24,597 nucleotides of DNA from Thermodesulfobacteriota bacterium (GTDB lineage Bacteria; Desulfobacterota; Desulfobacteria; Desulfobacterales; SURF-7). Location: the NCBI GenBank assembly GCA_049320885.1, contig JBMORA010000016.1, positions 1 to 24,597 of the forward strand, read 5' to 3'. The stretch's first letter is position 1, and each line of letters starts with the position of its first letter. Below, piece after piece: positions 10,734 through 19,024 of the stretch. Under the pieces are notes generated by a model. It was given only the letters and a program-made list of their open reading frames with translations. It ran no database searches and was not told where the DNA came from. A program made the position numbers and the translations under genes.

Positions 10734-11552
10734 CTACAACTCCGCTTCCAGCGCTTTTTTAAATTCCGAAGGCTCGACATCGATCCTCGTCCATAAAGAG
10801 AAACAACGCCGCGACTGATGCGCCAGGGTGGACAGTCCGTCAAGAAACCTTATTTTGCGGTCATTGGCCATGTCCTGCCAGAAATTATCGCGCCGACCGT
10901 AATTCAAATCCACTGCCAGCTCACAGTTGCGGATGTCGAGTTTTTTCACCACCGCCGCCAGCTCGGGTGATTCATCCCGGCTGGACACCGATGTCGCGTT
11001 GATGACGATGTCCGCCGATATCGGACGTCCATTGAGAGATTGAAAGGTTCTGCTTTCCCCGCCGATTCGCTGGACGATGGTACGACTGGTTTCCTCATTT
11101 CGGCCGACAATCATGACGGATTTGGCCCGCAGCCAATTCAAAATAAACACCACGGCCTTGGCCACTCCGCCATTGCCGAAAACCAGGGCCGTCTTGTCGG
11201 GAACTTCAAAACCGACCTCCTCCAATGCATCCATGAAACCGATGGCATTGGTATTATAGCCTTTCAAGGTATCACCGCTGCGTACGATGGTGTTGATGGC
11301 GCCGACGATATTGGCGCCTTCCGAAAGAATATCCAGGTGGGGAATGACGACTTCCTTATACGGCACGGCGATGTTGGCGCCGTCGATATTCAAAACCCGC
11401 AGGCTATGAAGGGCTGGGGCGATTTGCCCCGGATCCACCTTCAGCGGAACATAGGCGCCCCGGATACCGACTTTTTTCAATATGGTTGTATAGATGGCCG
11501 GGGCCTTCGAACGAAAAACGCGCTCATCGCCTAGGATGCAAAAGATCTTCAA
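10734..11552 (-). CDS. Shikimate dehydrogenase (AroE)-family protein with atypical active site
   Basis: GANIAVPYKE, GAINTI, GYNTN, GNGGVAKA, INATS, DLNY, DGL..L.HQ match the AroE fold. TTG start, bounded by an in-frame TAA upstream. Confidence 0.85.
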   Translation of the reverse strand: MKIFCILGDERVFRSKAPAIYTTILKKVGIRGAYVPLKVDPGQIAPALHSLRVLNIDGANIAVPYKEVVIPHLDILSEGANIVGAINTIVRSGDTLKGYNTNAIGFMDALEEVGFEVPDKTALVFGNGGVAKAVVFILNWLRAKSVMIVGRNEETSRTIVQRIGGESRTFQSLNGRPISADIVINATSVSSRDESPELAAVVKKLDIRNCELAVDLNYGRRDNFWQDMANDRKIRFLDGLSTLAHQSRRCFSLWTRIDVEPSEFKKALEAEL

Positions 11553-11577
11553 GCCCGGTCTCGCTTAGCTGACGCAG

Positions 11578-11601
11578 CGGCGCCGCTGGAAAGCGGCGCC
11601 G
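11578..11601. other. Perfect GC-rich intergenic hairpin
   Basis: CGGCGCCGCT-GGAA-AGCGGCGCCG, 10-bp stem; no U-tail on either strand. Confidence 0.7.
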
Positions 11602-11712
11602 GTTGTCGGATATTCAGCACAGGTTGCTCTCCCGCATGAGAAGATCGGCCTCCATATCTATATAAATTCAGGTGAGGAGAGGATTTCGATTGCGCACAGT
11701 GGAAAAACGACT

Positions 11713-12099
11713 TCATTCCAAAAGTCTTTTAACACTCTGCAATATCTCGTCCGCCGAAGCGGGTTTTGGCAGATAGTCGTCGGCTTCCATGCTCATCCCA
11801 TGATGATGGGAATATTTTGTCGAACCCACATGATCCGCCACCGCTGTTAGCATGACGATGGGGATATCCCGATATTTTTCACTTTTCTTCAGCTCGGCAC
11901 AGACCTCATAGCCGTCTTTTTCCGGCATCATGACATCCAGGACGATCGCATCCGGCGGATTGGCCTTTACTTTTTCGAGCGCTTCCACTCCGTCATAGGC
12001 GACTTCCACGGCAAAACCACTTTTTTTCAGGTTGTTTTGAACAATCGCGGCAAAATCCGGTTCATCATCCACCACAAGAATTCTCTTTTTTTCGCTCAT
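11713..12099 (-). CDS. Single-domain response regulator (REC)
   Basis: ILVVDDE, VLDVMMPEKDG, MLTA, YLPKP; RBS AAGGAG. Confidence 0.93.
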   Translation of the reverse strand: MSEKKRILVVDDEPDFAAIVQNNLKKSGFAVEVAYDGVEALEKVKANPPDAIVLDVMMPEKDGYEVCAELKKSEKYRDIPIVMLTAVADHVGSTKYSHHHGMSMEADDYLPKPASADEILQSVKRLLE

Positions 12100-12140
12100 A
12101 TCTTTCTCCTTCGGTTAACAAGCTTTGTCCACACAAGGAT

Positions 12141-12169
12141 TTTATAGCCGCCCCCCCGTGGGATGTCAA
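12141..12169 (-). promoter_or_regulatory. Near-consensus sigma70 promoter for the REC / aroE-like / kinase genes
   Basis: TTGACA-17 nt-TATAAA on the minus strand, about 40 nt before the REC ATG. Confidence 0.75.
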
Positions 12170-12184
12170 GAGCTCTTGATGGCG

Positions 12185-13117
12185 TCAAGCCAGCGAGGGC
12201 CTGGGAAAAAGACCGGCCTGTTCCACAATTTCCGGCACCTTCTCCTCCCATTCGATGGCCATGATATGAAATCCTTTGATTCCTTTGAGTTCCTTCAGGC
12301 GCTGAATGGATTCGATGCAAATCTTGACCCCTTCTTCCGCCTGTTTCTCCTTGGGGGTTCCGGACATGCGCTTGACGACTTCATCCGGCACATCCATCCC
12401 GGGAACACGATTTTTCATGTACTTCGCCATACCGGCTGATTTAAGCGGCGTCACCCCGGCTAAAATGGAGACTTTTTCCAGGAGGCCGCGATCACCCGCC
12501 TGTTTCATCCAGGTATCAAATTTATCGAGATTATAAATACACTGGGTTTGAATAAACTCAGCCCCGGCCGCGATTTTCTTGGCCAGACGGGGGACCCTGA
12601 TTTCAAAAGGATCCGCAAAGGGATTGGCGGCAGCACCTACAAACATCTGCGGCGGACGCTTGATCTCGTCCCCGCCCAAAAACTTGCCTTCGTCACGCAT
12701 CAGCCGGACCGTTTGAATCAATTGCATGGAATCCAGATCATGCACATTCTGCCCCTTGGCGCAATCCCCGAAACTCTGATGGTCACCGGACAGACATAAA
12801 ATATTATGGATGTCGAAAGATGCGGCGCCAAGGATATCGCTCTGAATCGCAATGCGATTGCGGTCGCGGGTCACCATTTGGAGAACCGGCTCCAATCCCA
12901 GCAGTTTCAGCCGGATACAAGCTGCCAGACTGCACATTCTGGTGACGGAAGTCTGGTTGTCGGTAATGTTGATGGCGTCCACATGATTCTTGATCAGATT
13001 CGCCTTTTCAATAATCACTTCCGGATCACTGCCCCGCGGCGGTCCGCACTCGGATGTCACGGCCAAATGACCGGCGGCAAGGATTTTCTCCAATTTACTG
13101 GGTGTTTTCACGTTCAT
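12185..13117 (-). CDS. metF: Methylenetetrahydrofolate reductase catalytic subunit (MetV-associated type)
   Basis: TSECGPPRG, DAINITDNQ, RDRNRIAIQSD, LCLSGDH, GAAANP, KKIAAGAEFIQTQ, GFHIM; ATGA overlap with metV. Confidence 0.93.
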   Translation of the reverse strand: MNVKTPSKLEKILAAGHLAVTSECGPPRGSDPEVIIEKANLIKNHVDAINITDNQTSVTRMCSLAACIRLKLLGLEPVLQMVTRDRNRIAIQSDILGAASFDIHNILCLSGDHQSFGDCAKGQNVHDLDSMQLIQTVRLMRDEGKFLGGDEIKRPPQMFVGAAANPFADPFEIRVPRLAKKIAAGAEFIQTQCIYNLDKFDTWMKQAGDRGLLEKVSILAGVTPLKSAGMAKYMKNRVPGMDVPDEVVKRMSGTPKEKQAEEGVKICIESIQRLKELKGIKGFHIMAIEWEEKVPEIVEQAGLFPRPSLA

Positions 13118-13782
13118 TCCTGCACATCCTCCCTTACCACTTTTCGCGGACCACCCGCCCTGTCGGTGGACCAGTCTTTGATCGTAAATAATTTCTCATA
13201 ATCCTCGATCCGGCCTAATGCTTTCAGGCGATCGACGATCAGCTGCCAGGCGCAGTCGATATCCTTGCTGATTTCACATTTGCCTTTGGTCGAACCGCCG
13301 CATGGACCGTTCATGATCCGTTTGGCACATCTGGATATGGGACAAATCCCGCCGGTAAACGCCAATATGCATTGACCGCAGGCCTGGCAGCGTTCGGTCC
13401 ATAGTCCGCGCTTTTCCGTAGCCCCCAAAAAGCAGGTATTCACACCCGGGAAAACCGGAGTGTTTTGATATTTCTCCGCCATGAACTGAACGCCGACGCC
13501 GCAGGCAAGGGAAACCACCGCTTCGTACAGGTCGATCCGGTCACGGATTTCCTCCAGGTATTCATGATCGCATTGCCTTTCCAGGGTGATTTCGTCAATG
13601 GTGACGGATTTTCCCTGGTTCATGAAATACATTCGTAAGGCCGAAGCCAGAACCCCGACTTCTTTTTTCCCGCCTGCCTCACACACGGTCACGCATTCGT
13701 TGCAACCCAGAATGAGAATTTTCGTATAGTCTTTAACTTCGCTGATGATTTCCTCGATCGGTTTCTTATCGGCAACAATCAT
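13114..13782 (-). CDS. metV: Methylenetetrahydrofolate reductase Cys-rich subunit MetV
   Basis: GCNECVTVC, RQCD, ACGVGVQ, ERCQACGQC..GGICP..RCAK..NGPCGG...CE....CAW; ATG 13782 after AAGGAAAGG. Confidence 0.9.
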   Translation of the reverse strand: MIVADKKPIEEIISEVKDYTKILILGCNECVTVCEAGGKKEVGVLASALRMYFMNQGKSVTIDEITLERQCDHEYLEEIRDRIDLYEAVVSLACGVGVQFMAEKYQNTPVFPGVNTCFLGATEKRGLWTERCQACGQCILAFTGGICPISRCAKRIMNGPCGGSTKGKCEISKDIDCAWQLIVDRLKALGRIEDYEKLFTIKDWSTDRAGGPRKVVREDVQE

Positions 13783-13840
13783 AGATACCAACCTTTCCTT
13801 TCACGAATTGAAATTTCAAATTTGACATTTGAAATTATTT

Positions 13841-14275
13841 CTACGCCGCCCTGGTTGACTTGGCCAGCTTGATCGGGTTGGGGCCCAATTCTCGAATCCG
13901 CTGATCCATTTCCTTGGCATATTCCACAAAACGGGGGGCCTCGCTGGAGGAGAGATTGTACATCGCCACCCTCCCGCCGCCGATGCCGATGGCATCGAGT
14001 ATCCCTTTGGCCTGCTCAACCCGTTTGCGTGCCCGGAAATTTCCTTTGTTGAAATGGCAATCACCCTCCATGCAGCCGACCACGTAAACACCATCCGCGC
14101 CTTTTTCAAACGCACGCAGGATATGCAATACATCGACTTTCCCAGTGCAGGGCACGCGCACGATCTTGATATCGGTCGTATATTGGATTCGCATCGAACC
14201 TGCCAGGTCCGCGGCCGTGTACCCTCAATAATTACAGCAGAAGGAAATAATGATGGGCTTGAAATCCTGCGTCAT
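13841..14275 (-). CDS. mvhD: MvhD/FlpD [2Fe-2S] subunit, selenoprotein (U17)
   Basis: ATG 14275 (ATGA overlap with the hdrA-like stop) gives [19 protein letters not shown](14227-14225)-GYTAADLAGSMRIQY, continuing in frame to VPCTGKVD, GADGV..GCMEGDCHF; 144 aa. Confidence 0.93.
14195..14211 (-). promoter_or_regulatory. Bacterial SECIS-like hairpin of mvhD
   Basis: CGGACCT-GGC-AGGTTCG; G-containing apical loop 20 nt downstream of the UGA. Confidence 0.7.
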
Positions 14276-17200
14276 AGAACCCCTTCCAGCAAGGCGTCAA
14301 TCTTGCTTATAATTTGATTATCTTCATACCAGCTGAGTTCAATCGCCTTGGCCGGACACTCGGCCGCGCAAACGCCGCAGCCCTGGCATAAGGCCTCATC
14401 GATCATGCTGACACCCTCTTCATTGATTCTGGGAACGCCGTACGGGCAGGAACGAACACAGACAAGACAGGAGGCGCACAGTTCCTGCTTCACCTTGGCC
14501 GTCACGGCTGACAGGGTCAGGTATTCCTGGGAGAGATAGGTGATCGCACGGGATGCCGCTGCGTATGCCTGGGAAATGGATTCTCCGATCAGTTTGGGAC
14601 TGTGGGCCGTTCCGCAGACGAAAATACCTTCCGTGGCCATATCCACCGGCCGCAACTTGACATGCGCCTCCATGAAAAAGCCCTCGGCATTTCTGGCGAG
14701 CTTCATGATGGACGACAATTCTTCCGTGTCTTCAGCGCGCATGCCGGCACTCAACGCCAAAAGATCGGCGCTAACAATCACACTCCTGCCCAGCACATGA
14801 TCCCGGAAGCGCACCTGAATTCCATCCGGACCGGCCTCCGCCGTGGGCGGATTGTCCTTGTCGAAACGGCTGAATATCACTCCCTGCTTGCGGGCCTCGG
14901 TGTAGTATTCCTCCAAAAATCCGTAAGTCCTCATATCCCGGTAGAGAATGAACACATTGGCGTCCGGATTCAGTTTTTTAATGTGCAGCGCGTTTTTCAC
15001 CGCTGCCTGGCAGCAGATCCGGGAACAATTCGGATTGTCATCGTTGCGGGAACCGACACACTGAATCATCACCACTTGGTTCAGGTCCTCGGCGCCGGCT
15101 TCCTCCAAGCGCTGGGACAGTTCCACCTGGGTCAGGACCCGGGCATCTTTTCCATAGTGATATTCCGTCGGCTGATATTCACTCGCTCCGGTTGCCAGGA
15201 TGGCGACACCATGGCTGATTTTCCTTTCATACATGCCGGGACCCACCAGGACTTCCGTAACGAAATTCCCCTTGAACCCCTCGAAACCGACGATCAGCGA
15301 CTGGGTCAGAACCTGGATTTTGCCATGCGACCGGACCCGGGCGCTGAGCTCTCGGATGTAATCCTTGACGGATGAGCCGTCAATGGTTTCCGTAAGCCGG
15401 TTGGCCATGCCGCCCAGTTCGGTTTCCTTTTCAACGAGAACCGTCTCAAACCCCTGGTCCGCCATGGTCAGGGCGGCATTCATTCCGGCCACGCCACCGC
15501 CTACCACCAGGGCGCGTTGTTTGACCGGTATCTTTTTCTCGTGCAGCGGGTTGAGCGTCACGGCCCGGGCAACCGCCATGCGCACCAAGTCCCTGGCCTT
15601 CTCCGTGGCGGCTTCCGGATCGTTCGAATGGGACCAGGAATTCTGATTGCGGATGTTGGCCATCTCGAACAGATATTTGTTCAGTCCGCAGGCGGCAAGC
15701 GTGTCCATGAAAATGCCTTCATGGGTCTTGGGCGTGCAGGCCGCCACCACTATCCGGTTCAGATTGTTTTCCCGGATGATCGCCTTCATATGGTCCTGGG
15801 CGTCCTGGGAACAAGTAAACAGATTCTGGGTGCTGAAAACCACTCCCGGCAGGGTTTTGGCGTATTCTTCCACCTGGGCGACGTTGACCACGCTGGATAT
15901 ATTGATCCCGCAGTTGCAGACAAAAACGCCCACCCGCGGTTCCTGGCCCTCCACATTGATTTCCGCGGGGACCTCGACTGTCTTCGTGTTGGTCCAGCGG
16001 GCAGCGCTCAGGAAAGCCCCGGCCGCTCCCGCCGCGGCACTCGCTTCAGTGACCGAACTTGGAATATCCTTCGGCTCCTGAAAAACGCCGCAGGCATAGA
16101 CACCGGGACGGGAAGTTTCAATGGGTGTAAACGGTCTGGTTTGGGCAAAACGGTATTTGTCGGTCTTGACTCCAAGCCGCTCTGCCAGGTCCCTGGTGGC
16201 TTCGGGTATTTGCAGGCCCACGGAAAGAACGACCATGTCAAAAATCTCTTCCCGAATTTCGCCGGAATCATTGGCGTATCGAATCCGCAAATCACCTTCA
16301 GCCTTCATTTCGTCGATGGTATGCACCCGCGCCTTGATGAACCTGACGCCCGCGCCCTCCCTGGCGCGCAGATAATATTTTTCATAATCCTTGCCGTAGG
16401 TCCGGATGTCCATGTTGAAGATGGCACAATCCAGTTCGCCGTGGGCGTGCTCCTTGGCGATCATGGCATCTTTTATGGCGTACATGCAACAAACCGAGGA
16501 ACAGTATCCATTACCGCAGTTATTGGTATCCCGGGAACCGACGCACTGAAGCCAGGCGATCTTTTTCGGTTCTTTCCCGTCGGAAGGTCTCGTCAGATGC
16601 CCCATGGTGGGGCCCGAGGCGCTTAAAATCCTTTCGAATTCCAGACTGGTCAATACGTTCGGGTTGGTCTTGTAATGGAAAAATTGATCGAGTTTGCTGG
16701 GATTATAGGGTTCGCTGCCCAGGCACAACAATACCGCGCCGACATCGACTTCCCGGATCAGGGCCTGCTGCTCGTGATCGATGGCCTTGGCCAGACAAGC
16801 ATCCACGCACTGATAGCATTCCGAGCAATACCCGCAGTTTAGGCAACGAGACGCTTCCTGCCGGCCGGTCTCCTCGGGAAAACCAAGTTCTACTTCCAGG
16901 AAATTGCCCTTCCGGGATTCCGGCGGCAGCTCCGGCATTCTCGCCCGCGCCCGTTTGGGCTCGCCTTCGGGTATGGGACGGTAAATCGGATTTTCAACTG
17001 CCGGTTTTTCGCGGCCGGCCGCCATGTCGCGATGATCCAGATACCTTTCAATGGACTCGGCCGCTTCGCGACCGGCCGCAATGGCGCCGATGGCGATCCA
17101 CGGACCGGTTTGCAGATCGCCGCCGGCAAAAACGCCCTCGCGTTCCGTGGCATAGGTAACAGCATTGACTTCGGTTGTTCCCCAGCGGGTGAAGGTCAGA

Positions 17201-18705
17201 CCGGCGATATCCTCCAATGCCGACAAATCCGGGCGCTGTCCGATGGCGGGTATCACCTGATCAACTTCAACGTCATATTCACTTCCCGGCACGGGGATGG
17301 GGCGTTTTCTGCCCGATGAATCCGGCTCGCTCAACTCCATGCGGATGCAGCGGAGGCTTCTAACTTTTCCGTCCTGAAGCAGCACCTCCTGGGGTGCCGC
17401 CAGATAAACGATCTTGACCCCCTCCGCTTCCGCCGCCTTGATCTCCTCCTCCCAAGCCGGCATCTCCTTCCGGGTGCGCCGATAAATGATGGTGACCTCC
17501 TCGGCGCCCAGACGAACTGCCGAGCGGGACACGTCAATGGCGACATTGCCGCCGCCGATAATGGCCACGCGCCTGCCGACCGTCGCCTTGCCGGTAAGAT
17601 TCGATTCGCGAAGGAAGTCAACCCCCTGGCGAACGCCCTCGGCCTTTTCGCCCGGAATCCCCATTTCAATCCCCTTATGGGCGCCGAGGGCAAGGTAAAC
17701 AGCCTGATAGCCATCGTTCATCAGGCTATCGACGGTCATGTTCGGTCCAAGGGGTGAATTGGTTTTGATTTCCACACCCAGATTGGTGATCACCTCGATT
17801 TCCTGATCCAGAACTTCCCGCGGCAATCGGTGGGCAGGGATACCGACCCGCAGCATTCCACCCGGTTTGGGCAATGCTTCGAAAATCGTGGAACCGATGC
17901 CTTTCCGCGCCAAATGATAGGCGGCGGACAGACCGGCCGGACCGGAACCGATAATCGCCACCCTCTCCGGCCGCCGGGGCTTGCATCCGATCTTGATCTC
18001 ACGCGGATCGAATTTATCGGCCGCCAGCCTTTTCAAGTCCCGTATGGCGACGGGCTGCTCGACTTCGCAACGCCGACAGGCTTCCTCGCAACCATGCGGG
18101 CAAATCCGCCCCAAGACGCCCGGCAAGGGCAGCTCTTCCATGATGATTTTCAGTGCTTCGGCATATTTCCCCTGTTTCACCATCTGAACATATCCCTGGA
18201 CATTCAAACCCGCCGGGCAGGCCAGACGGCAGGGAGCCTTGTCAGTCTTTTGAATGGCGAAAGCGCCGGGAATTGCCTGGGCATATTTCTTGTAGGTGGC
18301 CCGTTTTCTGGAAAGCCCCTCATCATATTCGTTGGGAAGTTCTACCGGGCATACCTTGGCGCACTCCCCACAGCTGGTGCATTTGGAGGGATCGATATAT
18401 CTAGCTTCCTGCCTGATCAACGCCTTGAATCTACCCGGCTCTCCGGTAAGATTCGACAATTCGGCGTTCGTCAACAATTCGATATTCAGATGCCGGCCGA
18501 CCTCGACCAGTTTTGGAGAAATAATTCACATGGCGCAGTCGTTTGTGGGGAACGTCTTGTCCAGCTGACTCATCAGGCCGCCGATGGCCGATGATTTTTC
18601 CAGGAGATAGACATAATAACCGGAGTTAGCGAGATCCAGGGCGGACTGCATTCCTGCGATGCCGCCTCCTACCACCATCACGGAACCGACTGCTTTTGTG
18701 GTCAT
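14272..18705 (-). CDS. hdrA: Large HdrA-like (HdrL-type) Fe-S flavoprotein, selenoprotein (U60): HdrA module with GltD/NfnB-like insert plus second HdrA module
   Basis: ORFs 18526..18732 and 14272..18477 share a frame and join through TGA 18528-18526: [38 protein letters not shown] motifs GGGIAG, GSGPAG and GGGVAG; two QCVGSR...CS..CC motifs; several ferredoxin motifs; 1477 aa. Confidence 0.93.
18493..18510 (-). promoter_or_regulatory. Bacterial SECIS-like hairpin of the hdrA-like gene
   Basis: CTGGTCG-AGGT-CGGCCGG; loop 22 nt downstream of the UGA with G at loop position 2. Confidence 0.72.
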
Positions 18706-18784
18706 ATACACCCCATGTTGCATTATAGACAAAGATAAGAAGTTTGATCTGTAAAAAGGACGCCGTTCTGAACTCGTGACATGG

Positions 18785-18814
18785 TTTTTACCCTTGCTTC
18801 ACGGTTTTTGTCAA
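18785..18814 (-). promoter_or_regulatory. Candidate sigma70 promoter for the hdrA-like/mvhD/metV/metF operon
   Basis: TTGACA-18 nt-TAAAAA. A separate perfect TATAAT without a -35 lies at 18727-18722. Confidence 0.4.
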
Positions 18815-18895
18815 CCCCAATTTCCGGCGCCATGCGGTATCCGGCCCCATGGAAAATTGCTAAATTTTCGGCACAATCCTCCCACAAAAATAACC

Positions 18896-18925
18896 TTGAA
18901 TCCCATCCCGGCCTCGTGCTACTGT
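18896..18925 (+). promoter_or_regulatory. Candidate sigma70 (extended -10) promoter for the divergent kinase operon
   Basis: TTGAAT-18 nt-TACTGT with TG at the extended -10 position. Confidence 0.5.
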
Positions 18926-19024
18926 TGTGAGCGTTGATTTCCCCAGGCGAATCGTTTCATCCGGTATCGATTTTTTCAAACCAACTAACAGGCGCTCCAG
19001 CTTCTGGGCGCCAGGCGCTGCTCC

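Noticed and set aside
11578..11653. GGAGG-led mini-ORF MRESNLC-UGA followed by a hairpin, as a third selenopeptide
   Set aside because: The minus-strand loop is UUCC with no G, unlike a SECIS; read-through gives nothing recognisable and is out of frame with the aroE-like gene.
18526..18732. 68-aa ORF as a separate gene, or hdrA/mvhD as nonsense pseudogenes
   Set aside because: Both UGAs fall at conserved Cys positions with SECIS-like hairpins, so Sec recoding explains them better.
18706..19024. Sigma54 -24/-12 promoter for the hdrL operon
   Set aside because: Manual scan of both strands found only weak GG-N10-GC matches; TGGTTTTTACCCTTGC has 11-nt spacing. The activator's target is not established in this window.
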